Shown one piece after another: positions 12,171 through 24,892 of a DNA stretch of 64,000 nucleotides. The stretch covers positions 33,294,001-33,358,000 of the forward strand of contig NC_043006.1 of the NCBI RefSeq assembly GCF_006345805.1, given 5' to 3'. The translations under genes and the position numbers were made by a program. How positions within the stretch are numbered: position 1 is the stretch's first letter; each line of letters begins with the position of its first letter. The notes under the pieces were generated by a model, which was not told the DNA's origin, searched no databases, and saw only the letters and a list, made by a program, of their open reading frames with translations. The stretch is from Octopus sinensis. Lineage: Eukaryota.

Positions 12171-13784
12171 GCCCAGGTGTCGAAGCCATAATCATATTCG
12201 TGGAGCAGTTGATGATGGGGTATGTTGGATAGTTTGTATGACTGTTTTTGTATATGTGGAATAGTATTATAACACATCCTTTTGATATATATTTATACAC
12301 ACACATATATATATACACACATACATATATGTGGTGGGTGTATGCATGTGCGTGTGTGTGTATATGTATATATATATGTGTGTGTGTGTGTATATATGTG
12401 TGTGTGTGTGTATATATGTGTGTGTGTGTGTGTGTATATATGTGTGTGTGTGTGTGTGTGTGTATATGTATATATATTTCCCGAATGGCTATTGTTCAGT
12501 TTAGCCTTGCGTGATTTCAGCTATCATATCCTCAGGATATCGTTGCAGAATCTTTAACGCAATTATATTATTCGGCGAGAAAACTGCTCATCTCCCACAG
12601 AGGGATTCACTTCTGTTGTGAAAGTTTAAATTTGTATCTTATGGTAAATTACGCTTTTTACGCTGACTAGCGTATTGTTTATAAACTCGTACATGCTCAC
12701 ACATATACACGTATGATCATTTATACCACCTCTCACTCACTCTTTCTCTCTCTTCCTCTCCCTCTCTCGTCTGAGTATTCTTAGAACGACACGCACATAC
12801 ATATACACATCTACAAATTGTCTGCAACAATTATGACGATGCATCTATATGTACATATGCGTGTGATAAAATCACCTCAATGAAGTTATATAAAACTCAA
12901 CCCCTACACGAAGGTAGACGTCTCCTATGATGTAAAGAAACAAACTTCTTTCACTATTTACTATGAGACTATATAAGACAAACATTCTATCTGATCACAT
13001 CCAACTATCTTAAATAAAAGTTATATTAAACAGTGTACAAACGACGGGGTTGTCACGAGAAAGAAACCTTTTACATTCTAGTTTGGTTCGACTATAACTG
13101 AGCTGAGATTCACCACCACGGCAATGACTGTCTGGAGTCTAGAAGGGAAGGCCTCTGCGTGGACGTTTAGACCTGCGAGATACGACAGCCAATTTCCCAC
13201 AGATTGCACTCTCGTCTTAAACTAGGGAAAGGTACACTGGAAAATATGTTCTTATATTTTGTAAGAGATTAGATGAATATATGTGTGTATATGTAAATAT
13301 ACTTGTGTGTGTGTATGTAATATATATATAATGGAAAGGCGCCTGGAAAAGAAGCAATCGTACAACTGGAAGGGAAAGCAATGTTGCATGCATGAAGAAA
13401 CGGGTATAAAACTAGATACTTAAACTCAGTCCTTGATAAAATCGGGGAGCTAATTGACAGATGAAAAATAAATCTGTTCACCGAGCAAAAGATGAGCAAC
13501 AAACCTGAAGAGAGGAAGGCGACAGAGCAGAGAAAAGAGAGATGTAACAACAATTTAAACAGCATGGCGATGTGTGATGAAACAAAACTGTGTGTCTGTC
13601 AGTATCAAAAATAAACTGGGTAGAAATGATGAAAGCAGTATAACAGACAGAGCAAAGGATAAAAGTTTAGGCATATCAGCCGTCTGTAACGGGATTTTGG
13701 CGGTGTCGTTGCCTTAAGACAACTCCCATATCGCACTCACGTAAACAGAATAAAATACAAAGAGTTTGTGATAAAGCAAACAGG

Positions 13785-14310
13785 GTGAACACGTGGTACA
13801 AGACCGACAAATATCAAGGAGTGATGTTTGTAGAAGACGCAGCCCATGGAGAACTAGCCCGTAGATTTAGGAAAGCTCTGAAGAAGCCCAAACTCAACAT
13901 TAAGATCGTTGAAAAGCCAGGGAGCTCCATCAGATCACAACTATGTGGGACCTACCTCTTTGAGAATAACATATGCACCAATGATAACTGCATGGTATGT
14001 AGGATTAACCCTGGCGTTAACTGTAGAACTAGAAATGTACTCTACAGCATAAGGCGCATAGAAGGTACTTGTAAAGACAAGAACATGATATACACAGGTG
14101 AGACATCTAGGAGCATTGCGGAAAGACTAAATGAAAATTTGAGACAATATGACGACAAAGAACAGTCCCCCGTACTCTACCAACGTGCAAAAGACCAACA
14201 TGGAGCAACCAGGTCAACTTGACATCCGCATTTTATCCAAGCAAACAAAGGACCCAACACTCAGACAAATAAATGAAACATCCCCAGTAGTAAATAGGAA
14301 ATATACGTAG
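13785..14310 (+). mobile_element. Penelope-like element remnant: Cys-rich linker plus GIY-YIG endonuclease
   Basis: ORF 13785-14222: IKIVEKPG...CTNDNCMVC...NCRTRNVLYSI...MIYTGETSRSIAERLNE; after a frameshift, IRILSKQTKDPTLRQINE. A Cys-rich linker before the GIY-YIG domain is typical of Neptune-type PLEs. Confidence 0.88.
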
Positions 14311-14334
14311 TTGGTAGTCACAGTCCTATACCCA

Positions 14335-14403
<69 letters not shown>

Positions 14404-14893
14404 TACAGGTAGAAGAGTTAGTGGGCTGTTGTGTAGATGTACGTATGTATATGGATATGAATGTAAACTGACAGACTTACAGACAGATAGGTAGATAGGT
14501 AATATGAACAGACAAGCACACGTACATATATGCATACACATGCATACATACATATGTGTATGCGCACGCACACTGAGCCACACAAGTGCACAAACAAACA
14601 AAAAGAGCGCAGCTCAGATAACGGACAGTCAACGACTATTGAAAAGTAAAATAAGTAAATGAGTGAAAACTGAACCAGTGAGTGTGTTAAATAATAAGGC
14701 ACAAATAGAGAATGACTCTCCCTAGACACAACAAAATATGCTTCAATACACGTACTCACATAAAGAATCTTGCAAATCAAATCCAAAATATATATATATA
14801 TATATATTCTTTACATCTATTTACCGCTTTATTCTACTTGATAATAATTCAACTAGAATATTGAATTTTAATCATTTGGTTGCTTTTAAATTA

Positions 14894-15269
14894 TTACCTC
14901 CGTCAAAGAAAGATGTTATGTTTTCATCGGCGTTGGTTTGTCTGTCTGTGTGCAAAATAACTCAAAAGGTTGTGAACAGTATTTGATGAAACTTGCAGGA
15001 AAAGTTAGTAATGACACAAAGAACAGATGATGAAATTTTGATAGCGATCCGGGAATTTTTATAGATTCTTGACGGATTTTTCATTTGTTATATTTCTTCT
15101 ACATGAAGTATTACAATGTTACGCCTTTGGTTATCTCCCTTGAAAACACGTTCATCGTTTGCACGTAACCTATGGTGGCGTTGCTGTTTCCAAAGTTTAT
15201 TTTCGTTTCTCTATTAGTAATTTTACTCGCGTATCTATCTTAAAAGGAGCTGCTTGGCAGGGGTCTGCG
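14894..15269 (+). mobile_element. Helentron-associated (HINE/DINE-like) non-autonomous element, 3' hairpin missing
   Basis: 5' ttacctccgtcaaag...gttatgttttc...gtttgtctgtctgt and 3' sub-terminal inverted repeat cttggcaggggt-ctgcg. Confidence 0.7.
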
Positions 15270-15274
15270 GAGGA

Positions 15275-15347
15275 TGACATGACAAGCCTTGATTATTGGG
15301 ATCGACTCAAAAAGCTCAGGCTTTGCTCCCTCCACCACCGCTGTGAA
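15275..15347 (+). mobile_element. Short CR1/L2-type LINE ORF2 C-terminal fragment
   Basis: Translates to MTSLDYWDRLKKLRLCSLHHRCE, resembling the Y.DRL..L.L.SL..RR motif. Confidence 0.55.
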
Positions 15348-15417
15348 ACTAGCTTGCTGTTGTCATTGATGTATTATAACTGCTTCAGCTGATTCCTGTT
15401 TTTAAAGGATTTTTTTT

Positions 15418-16316
15418 AACCTCGCCAAGGAGGTTATGTTTTTGCTGGCGTTGGTTTGGGAAATTGGGCGATTTTCAGCATGCGTGTATATGGGTGGAAA
15501 TGAGCTGCTTGGCGGAGGTCTGCGCTTTCCGAGTGCTTGGATCTTTTCACTTTGACTGGCAGATTTTTAAAATAATTTCTATGTAACTAAAAAATTTTTA
15601 AATTTCGTATACTGGTAGAATGTGTTTATAGAACATCTTTTTTTCTTGGCTTTCTTGAGAAAATTCTGTAATTTGTAACATATTTGTTGTTTAACATCTT
15701 GCATTTCGGCAATTTCAACCAATCAATGACGTCTATTGAGGTGAAAACGATTTCTGCCGTAACATTTTCTGGCGGCGTCACATGAAAATGTCCGTTTTTT
15801 TATGAGAAAAAAGATACCCTGTGGCCATAAACTGAAGAGTCACTCGTCAACAGCGCTGGATAACAAAACCGTTCCCTCTTTAGTGTCCACCCATAATTAT
15901 GACCCTAGTATCGATCTATTGCATTTCAATCTGTTTTAGGGTTAGAGTTAGGGTTAGGGGTGGGGAGAAGGGTATCTTTTTTTCTTCAGAAATGTAAATA
16001 AACCCAATCTGTTTCTTAAACGAATATATAATTAATATGTAACAGGGACATTTTCATATGACGCCGCCAGAAAATGTTACGGCAGAAATTGTTTTCACCT
16101 CAATAGACGTCATTGATTGGTTGAAATTACCGAAATGCAAGAAATTAAACAACAAATATGTTACAAACTACAGAATTTTCTCAAGAAAGCCAAGAGAAAA
16201 AGATGTTTTATAAACACATTCTACCAGTATACGAAGTTTAAAATTTTTTTAGTTACATAGAAATTATTTTAAAAATCTGCCGGTCAAAGTGAAAAGATCC
16301 GAGTGCTTTTCTAGTT
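15418..16316 (+). mobile_element. Second, internally deleted HINE-like element, split by a MITE in its 3' hairpin
   Basis: acctcgccaagg at the 5' end and cttggcggaggt-ctgcgctttccgagtgc[MITE]...ttctagtt at the 3' end. Confidence 0.7.
15539..16300. mobile_element. 762-bp MITE, ~255-bp TIRs, 8-bp TSD GAGTGCTT (Merlin-like)
   Basis: TIRs 15539-15793 and 16046-16300 start GGATCTTTTCACTTTGAC; GAGTGCTT at 15531-15538 and 16301-16308. 5'-GG termini, long TIRs and an 8-bp TSD fit Merlin; hAT and P are not excluded. Confidence 0.88.
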
Positions 16317-16730
16317 TATTGTAGAATAAGAATGTTTAATAAAAGAACCTTGTATTTTGATATTTAGAACGGAAAGAAACATGGGTATTAAAGAAGAATG
16401 AGTATAAGAGACAAAGAAGATGAGAGAGAGAGAAAAAAAGTGACATTCAAATACAATCTGCCAGTTAAGTAGTGAACAGAATTGGAAAGGGTCAATATAT
16501 CATTTGTTTTATGACTGCTAATAAAATATGTTTAGCGTTCATTTATAACTGTTCTTATAAATTGTTTCGGAGAATGAGGGGAAGAAAGAGGGAAAGAGAA
16601 AGGGGGGGACTGAAATGGAAGGAACAGAAAGAGCGGATGCAGAGATTAGAGAATAAATCAGTGTCGTCGCCGTCATCATCATCATCCCTTACCATCATCA
16701 TGACCATCATAGTTCTCATAGTCTTACTCC

Positions 16731-16810
<80 letters not shown>

Positions 16811-16913
16811 TTTCCTTTGTTCGCCTTTTTACGTCTCTCTCCCTCATGTTTTTTTTCCAAATTCTTTCTGTAAGTACCTCGCTCTTTATTTTACTCTTTT
16901 CCTTTCACGTGCT

Positions 16914-17716
16914 TTGCTGAGAAGCGGAAGGGCAGCGCCAATGATTTTTCAAGAACCCTCAACACTGCTAAATGAAAAGCTGTTACTCTGGAGCACATGT
17001 TTATTGTCCTGTTTTTTTCTTTCCCAGATAGATGTTATCTTCATTCTTTTAAATCTTTCATTTATCGTTTCAAGATTCTTAGAACAGATTTTTTATTTGA
17101 TTCTTCTTTCTTTCCTTTCGTTTCTAATTTCCAGCATGCTAAATGGTTTCCGGAAGCCCATTTCATTTCTGGTTACCTGCCAATTTCTACGAAAACTGTC
17201 AAGAGTGCGAATTCCTGGCGCGAATACTTGCTACGGCGTGTACTCCACCAGAAGCACCCAAAGGCCAGGCAGTAACGTTAAACTGGAAGGTCCTCCGCTT
17301 AAAGCAGAGGAACCACACCCTCCCGTATCAAAGACGAGAAGAAAAAAGAAGAAAAAGAATGGGGCAGTGCCGGCGGTTAGCAGTATACTGCCGACATGTC
17401 CTGAAAACCACGTCGGTGGAAATTGTGCCACCGACGGAGGGAACTGTGGCCCCTGCCAGTATAATAAATGAGGAATTGTATCTTCTTTCTCAAGGGATGG
17501 GGCCGTAGAGAACTTCGTGAGGAAGGTCGAGAAGAGGAAGTCCTGTCCTGCATTGAAAGCCCGGATTGGCCTCCGCAGGTGGCTGCGGGGGCCATGGCAG
17601 AAAATGATTTCTACAGAGTGATGGATTCCTTTACCAAGGATGAATACAATTATCTCTTATGGGGCCCCGACTTGCGACTGCATGTGGCAAGAGACTTAGT
17701 CGGGGAGGTAGAGTAA
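16914..17716 (+). pseudogene. Degenerate gag-like/ORF1-like remnant of a retroelement
   Basis: GC-richer block with RVRIPGANTCYG (eroded zinc-knuckle context) and a basic tract RRKKKKK; frameshifted; no splice-supported gene. Confidence 0.4.
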
Positions 17717-18050
17717 GAGGTCTTAGTGCCTCGACTGGAACTTTGTGATTTTGGTAAGAGTCTTAGCACTTCAAGTTGAAAGAACGATTGAATATATTTG
17801 CTGAAAGTTTGAGAGATTTAATTGGTAAGAGGCTCAGCGTTTCAATTTGTAACTGTTATAAGAGGTTAATACCTCATTTGAGTTTTTTTTTTTTTTTAAA
17901 GAACAATGTTATTGGTAAGCAACAATCGACGGACGTTGTCTGCTTCTCCCACCAACCATCTCCTTTTTAATTTCATCATCATCATTGTGTCTGTGTCCAG
18001 CCCGCAAGCTTCCATCTGTAATATGCCTTTGTGGCAATTGTAATGAAATA

Positions 18051-18410
18051 AAGAAGCTTGCTTACCAACCACATGGTTTCGGGTTCAGTCCCACTGCGTG
18101 GCACCTTGGGCAGGTGTCATTTACTATAGCCTCAGGCCGACCAAAGCCTTGTGAGTGGATTTGGTAGACGGAAACTGAAAGAAGCCCGTCGTGTATGTGA
18201 GTGTGTGTCTGTGTTTGTCCCCACCCCCAACATCGCTTGACAACCGATGCTGGTGTGTTTACGTCCCCGTAACTTAGCGGTTCGGCAAAAAAGGACCGAT
18301 AGAATAAGTACTAGGCTTTCAAAGAATAAGTCCTGGGTCGACTTGCTGACATAAAGGTGATGCTCCAGCATGGCCGCAGTCAAATGACTGAAACAAGTAT
18401 AAGAGTAAAG
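18051..18410 (+). mobile_element. SINE family A (tRNA head, CORE-like segment, internal TG microsatellite)
   Basis: gaagcttgcttaccaaccacatggtttcgggttcagtccc...accttgggcaggtgtc...gcatggccgcagtcaaatgactgaaacaag. Other copies: 22982-23390, 24893-25225, 37841-38198, 46558-46925, 53141-53330, 56478-56640 (+); 35235-35375 (-). Confidence 0.9.
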
Positions 18411-18627
18411 GAAATGAAAGAATATTTAGTGCGTTCAAAACGTATCCGGCTTTATTTTTTTCCCGCCAAAACTAATGCCGCACGAGCGAAATCGTTTGGC
18501 TGAGAGATGACACCACGTGTTTTGTTAGTATATAATGCCTGTGTACATAGGCACACATACACACTCATGCATGCATGCATGCATGCATGCATGCATGCAT
18601 ACATACATACATACATACATACATACA

Positions 18628-18660
<33 letters not shown>

Positions 18661-19761
18661 GCTTGAGTACATTCATACATATGTAGCTGCATATATACAC
18701 ATATATATTATTGCATGCATGGGTCTCTGAGTGCATATGTGTGTGTCCATATATATATATATATATATACATGTGTATATGTGCGCGTAATTGTCTTTAT
18801 CTGTGTAACATTATGGAACCAATGTCAGAAGAATGTTATTTAGATTTCCTTCCGTAAAACCTTCCTGTAATGCCTTTGTTGATTGGTGTAGAATTTTAAG
18901 TGATGACCTTTTGACAGCTCAAAGACAACTGACAAATTTTGAGACTAAATCTGAGAAAGTGTGACTGGAAAATCAATAAATTTCTAACCAAACCAATATT
19001 TGTTAGTGAACTGAACTTCTCAATCATATTTATCGTCTCAGGATCTTAGCTTCGTATTGTCGCTGGGTGTTGTTATCTTCAATGTGACGTCGCTGATAAC
19101 AGAAGTGTTTTTAGATAGATTTCAATTACTCTGTGTAACAATGAGTAAAGTTTGCTTTATTTGGAAATTTTAACTCGATGAAAGAATTTTAAATGCTACT
19201 TTACAAAGTTTGTACTGTAATAGTTTTGTTGTATAATAATGAAGGCTGGTTAATAACAGAAATACCAGTGGTGGTGGTTTCCATTCTGAAGATTATAACG
19301 CCGCCTCCCTTTGACCGGGAAAGACAGGCGGTATTTGTATGTCTTGTGGCCTTAGCGAAAGAGGTTGTGTGATGGACCTGATAGGTGCTGAAAACGGACA
19401 CAGTCCTCTTTGGCCGAGCTCGCGTCAGCTTTTTCAAGTTCCACTCGAAAATGAAAATATTGGTGAAGAAGGAAGTGCTGTCTTCTTGGAAATTTGTTGA
19501 AGGTGAATGTGGTCTGAGTGAATGGACCTATTTTAAGCATGCGCTTCTATACTGAAGGAAGACGATGAGGAGAGGGCACTTGCTCCAGTAGTCAGGGAGA
19601 CCGTGATTTTGTATGGTTCCCCCTCTTTTGGGGAATTGTTCTTTTAATATATTTTACTGTCATGCTTTTTTACATGCTCTTTTGTGTAACCTTACATTGT
19701 ATTGTCCTGTATCTTTCCCAATGGTTTTGTAAATCCTTTTGTGGTTAATAAAGAAAACATC

Positions 19762-20066
19762 ATTATTGAGTGAGAGAGCAATGCATGCCATCAAAGTGAC
19801 ACTGGAGTAGAAATATACGAAGCCCAATATACCCAGCATGACTACTTGTCTGATAAGGGTACACCAGACACATGCATCACAACAATATGTGCGCGACATG
19901 GTGATGTGTTTATCAAGATAAACAACGCATGACCTTGCAGGTGGGGCCCAGTTGAAATTTTCCTCAGGTCGAATAGCCCATCCTGCTCAAAAGGTCCCTG
20001 AATAAGGGTTGCATCACAATCATATGTGCATGACATGGTGATTTCGTATCAAGATAAACAGTGCAT
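19762..20066 (-). mobile_element. Partial copy of the 554-bp AAT-flanked element, with internal duplication
   Basis: Reverse complement of the 3' part of 27444-27997, ending ...ctctctcactcaataat. Confidence 0.85.
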
Positions 20067-20070
20067 TATG

Positions 20071-20453
20071 TGAGCTGGCAGAATCGTTAACACGTCGGGC
20101 GAAATGCTTAGCAATATTTCATCTGACGCTACGTCCTGAGTTCAAATTTCACCAAGGTCGACATTTCCTTTCATCCTTTTGGGGTCGATTAAATTTACGC
20201 ACTGGGGTCGATTTAATCGACTTAATCCGTTTGTCTGTCCTTGTTTGTCCTCTCTGTGTTTGGCCCCTTGTGGGTAGTAAAGAAATAGGTATTTCGTCTG
20301 ACGCTACGTTCTCAATTCAAACTCCGCAGAGGTCAACTCAGCTTTTCATCCTTTCGGGGTTGATGAATAAGTACCAGTTGAGTACTGAGATCGATGTAAT
20401 TGACTGTCCTCTTCCCCCAAATTTCAGGCCCTGTGCCTATAGTAGAAAGGATT
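20071..20453 (+). mobile_element. Two tandem SINE family B copies
   Basis: gagctggcagaatcgttaac...gagttcaaatttcaccaaggtcgac at 20071-20220; second copy at about 20290-20453. Confidence 0.85.
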
Positions 20454-20860
20454 TTCTTTTTGTCACAAGTTTTGTTGGAACTCCTGGAGTCTTGCATGCG
20501 TAGCTGGGTTGCTACCTGCAGTTTACGGTCCGTCTGAAAATCATAGTCCCAGAGTATCGTTACTTTTCCATCCTCCTACATAACTTTACTTGGTACATGC
20601 TTATACCAGTTCTCTGTTACTTCATATTGGTATTTACGGCATAAGAACCAATTAAGATACACATTTTATTGTGGCGCTTATATTCTTTTTGTGCAAGGCT
20701 CTCACATCCACTTACCAAGTGGGTCTCATTTTTCAAACTCTTTCCACAGTCTATGTTTCTGGATGTCAGAAGTTTTAAAGATGTTATACTTCACTGAATT
20801 GATAACGAGAGCCAGCCAGTTTATTGCAGTTGAGATAAAAATAAGAAAAATAAGCGAAGC

Positions 20861-22460
20861 ATGTTAATCTTTAGTTGTTGGAATGTAAGAACTTTACAAG
20901 ACAGCAAAAACAGAACGAAAAACCGCATTAATTGCAAAGGTCGTCGACTCGTATGATATTGGTATTTGGGTGTGAAATGCCAGCAGATGAGCCAAGAAGT
21001 GATGATGCTGGATTAACCATTAAATGACTCTACTTCGTAAGTTGCCATCCACCCCACAAGCTGTTGATGTGCGTCTCATGACCCTTCGTATGTAAGTAAT
21101 TTCTCATTTATGCACATTTTCCGTGTTTGTGCACCTACTTTGTCAGCATCTGAACAAGAACATGACATTTTCTACTCTAAATTGCAAAGTTATCAATAAA
21201 ATTCTGTATCATGACAAAGTCGTATTAATGGGTGGTTTTAATGCCAGAGTACTTAACAAATACACAGTGTAGTCATAAGTAATCGGAAAACAAGGAACAG
21301 AAAAGATGAATGCAAGTAATTTACGACTGCTGTTGACAGTTTGGTTTAACAATTATAAAGACAGTGTTTCATCAGGCAGATGAATATAAAAACACATGGA
21401 AACATCCCCGATCTGGTAACTAGTAGATGCTTGGCTATGTCATGACTGAGGGAAAAGATTGCATTGGTGTAAGATTAACCAGAGCTCACAAAACTACCGA
21501 GTGTTACTCGAATCACAGAATGGTTCGCAGTAAGGTTTTTGTTAAACAAGGTACAGAGAAGACATTAATATCCAATATTCCTCCTGGAATAAATATCTTC
21601 GTTAAAAAATCCTGAAACGATTAAAAAATTTTGAAACACATCTAAATTCAAACTCTGAGGATATAGAAAACGAATCATCTGTTGAAGAAGTTCTAGGAGT
21701 CGTCAAATGCAAGCATCAAGATTGATTCGATGAGAATGATTCTCAAATCAAATCTCTCCTGCAAACTATGCAGGAAAAACGCAGGGCATGGATCTCAAAC
21801 AAAAACTCGCAATCACTCAGATCAGAAAAAATTCGTGAGATGAAAAATTGTTGGTGGACAAAATAAAAAAAAAAACAAGAATTGGAACTGGTTGCTAAGT
21901 GCCACAACTTTAGAGCATTGTATGACAATTTGAAAGGCGTATTTGGTTCAAAAAAGGTCAATGCGGAACTTATTCTTTTTAATGATGGGTCAAAACATTT
22001 AAGTTGCAAAGATCAAATTCTCAAAAGATGCGCTGATCATTTTACATCCGTATTCAATCAAGAATCCACTACCGATCCTGAAGTAATCAATGAAATCCTT
22101 CAGAAGCCTATACTTGAGGAACTTGCAGAAGATCCTGCCTTGGAAGAGATAAACACTGCTATTAAAAACTTTCCAATTGTAAAGCTCTTAAACAAAACGG
22201 TATTCCCATAGAAATGTACAAGCACGGTGGTAAACAGCATGTAAGAAATCTGCGCAAATTATTGTTTGCTTTGGGAAATTGGATCTGTTCCCAACAGTCC
22301 AAAGATACAAAGGGAAAGAAGAGCGTATATGATAATCACAGGGGAATAAATTTATTGTGCGTATCTAGAAACATTCTTGCGACAGTGGTCTTTCACTGCA
22401 TCATATTAGTAGTAAGCAACGTATATCCTGAATCACAATGTGGATTTTAGATTGGAAGAG
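20861..22460 (+). mobile_element. Decayed RTE (Bov-B-like) LINE: AP endonuclease through the start of the RT domain
   Basis: MLIFSCWNVRTLQDS at 20861; SNHRMVRSK; DQILKRCADHFTSVFNQ...LEEINTAIK; DNHRGINLL...YPESQCGF; many stops and frameshifts. Confidence 0.9.
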
Positions 22461-22981
22461 GCATTTGTATACATGTGAGTGTGTGAGTGTAATTGTGTCT
22501 GCATTTATATAGGAAGAGAGAGGGGTAAGGGGTAAAAACACTTTTATAGATGCACAGAGTTTAATCGCTGTAAAGACATTACGCAAAAGTGTTCTTACGT
22601 TCTGTATGTGTAATATATATTCGGTCAATGCCCTTCAGCATCACAAGATGATTGTGCTTAAGTCTTGTAGCTTTCCTTCTCACTATCGAAATTAATTGAT
22701 CGTTTGTCAAAGCTTGTGGTCTTTTAAACAATTACATTTCTCTTACGCAGCAAGTAACTGTAAATTAGCTTTGTTATATTGTGAGTACATGACGCAGAGC
22801 TTTAAAATTGAGCCAAAATTGTCGTTACTAGTACAACGCTTGGAACAAGGAAATACGAGGCAACGGGGGAATTTCCATGCCTAGGAACCATGGCAATTGT
22901 TGTTGTTGTTGTTGCTGTTGAACACCGGTTTAGTACCAACTGAGCATACCTGTTGTCAAATGCGTCCAAAACGTGATCGTA

Positions 22982-23147
22982 GGCGTAGGTGTGACTGTGT
23001 GGTAAGAAGCTTGCTTCCCAACCATATGGTTCCGGGTTCAGTCCCACTGCATCGCGCCATGGGCAAGTGTCTTCTACTCTAGCCTCGAACCCACCAAAGC
23101 CTTGGGAGCAAATTTGGAATACGGAGACTGTAAAAAAGTCCATCGTA

Positions 23148-23181
<34 letters not shown>

Positions 23182-23390
23182 CGCGTCTTTATGTTCGTGT
23201 TTTTCCCACCAACACCGCTTGACAACCGGTGTTGGTGTGTTTACGTATTCGTAAATTAGCGGTTCGGCAAAAGAGACCGATAGAATAAGTACTAGGCTTA
23301 CAAAGAATAAGTCCTGGAGTCGATTTGCTCGACTAAAGGCGGTGATCCAGCATGGCCACAGTCAAATGACTGAAACAAGTAAAAGAGTAA
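22982..23390 (+). mobile_element. SINE family A, full length
   Basis: ggcgtaggtgtgactgtgtggtaagaagcttgc head through gaaacaagtaaaagagtaa tail. Confidence 0.9.
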
Positions 23391-23709
23391 AAAAAAAAGA
23401 ACAAGCGAAGACGAGGTATTCACTCAAGGCCTCTAAAACTCACCGTTGGTTAAGTGCCAAACAGGTGGCAAAGGAATTGTGTCAGGTCGTGGTGACGCCA
23501 TAAAATGTTAGACACCTCGCAAAATAAATGAAAATGAATAGAACATGACAGACGTTCTGCCATTGTACCAAAGAAATCCTTCGAGATTTCCCATCCATTT
23601 CAGAAGTCTTGTTCTTACCAGCGAAAATTGTGCGTTGTTTACGTCGTGAGAATTTATAAACCTCGAAAGAACGAGAAATAAATTGTTTTGACTGTGGAAC
23701 TAGAAGTAA

Positions 23710-24016
23710 ATTTAACTAAACTAAACTTAGATTCCAGTGGATCCGATCACCAGAACAGCTTGCACGTGAAATTAACATGTAGGTGGCTGAGTACTCTTCA
23801 GACACGCATACCCCAAACAGAGTTCCCAGGGAAATTCGACGTAACAAGGCTGGACCTTTGAATTATAGGAACAACTCATTTTTTTTTTTGCCAGCTGCGT
23901 GAACTACAACAACGTGAAATAAAATGTCTTACTCAAGGACATGTCGCACTACCGGGAATCGAACTTATGGCCTTACGATCGCGAACCAAAATACCCTAAC
24001 CACTAAGCCATGCGCC
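23710..24016 (-). mobile_element. CORE-like SINE family D
   Basis: Minus strand ggcgcatggcttagtggttagggt...gttcgattcccgg...ccttgagtaagacattttatttcacgttg. Confidence 0.75.
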
Positions 24017-24253
24017 TTCACGGAACTATAAGTAAATGAAGCTTTCAACATGGGCTAAAAAAAACATTGGATGGAAAAAGATGTGGGTTGTTTGTGTACA
24101 CAAGATTCAGTTCTCACTGGTAAGGACAAAGCCTCTAAAATGGAAAGAGGGATTCGAAGGATCGCTGGTAGTACATCGGTCATGTTTACGGGAGATCTGG
24201 GTTCGAGACCCTTCGGGTAAGCTTTCACCTTGTTCCACCCAAGGGTTTTTATA

Positions 24254-24690
24254 CCAATATTTACCTGTGATTATTTACCTCTGATTTCAATATTTACTTG
24301 TGATTATTTACCGCTGATCTCAATATTTACCTGTGATCCCAATATTTACCTGTGATTATTGGCCTCTGATCCCAATATTTACCTGTGATTATTGGCCTCT
24401 GATCCCAATATTTACCTGTGATTATTTGCCTCTGATTCTAATATTTACCTGTGATTATTGGTCTCTGATCCCAATATTTACCTGTGATTATTTGCCTCTG
24501 ATTCCAATATTTACCTGTGATTATTTGCCTCTGATTCTAATATTTACCTGTGATTATTGGTCTCTGATTCTAATATTTACCTGTGATTATTGGTCTCTGA
24601 TCCCAATATTTACCTGTGATTATTGGCCTCTGATTCCAATATTTACCTGTAATTATTGCCTCTGATCCTAATATTTACCTGTGATTATTT
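24254..24690. repeat. 33-bp minisatellite, about 13 copies (TTTACCTGTGATTATTGGCCTCTGATCCCAATA)
   Basis: Direct tandem array; yields the 11-aa IPIFTCDYWPL repeat ORF. Confidence 0.95.
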
Positions 24691-24892
24691 ATACTTTTAC
24701 TTCCTTCGAGTTTCTCAGTTTTTATGACGTAAACAACAGAAAAGTTGTTGCTCGTTTTTAGATGGCAAAAATGCTTCTTTCACCCTGTCGGGAATATCAT
24801 ACCTGTGTTAACTCTCGGCATGCCAATTCTAAGACACGGTTTCGAGTTTTATTGATTTCTCTTCCACCGATAATACTCTTAGAGAAAGAACA

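Noticed and set aside
15935-15965. Chromosome end or telomere
   Set aside because: Only about 4 TTAGGG-like units, located inside a MITE.
19200-19630. Short ORFs suggesting a LINE fragment
   Set aside because: No diagnostic RT or EN motif could be read with confidence.
24160-24225. tRNA-like words (ggttcgagaccc)
   Set aside because: No convincing cloverleaf; at most an eroded SINE head.
24333-24665. 110-aa repeat ORF (IPIFTCDYWPL)n
   Set aside because: Product of the 33-bp minisatellite; no credible start, splice context or homology.
24254-24690. Regularly spaced repeats superficially like a CRISPR array
   Set aside because: Units are contiguous with no unique spacers, the context is eukaryotic, and there are no cas genes.
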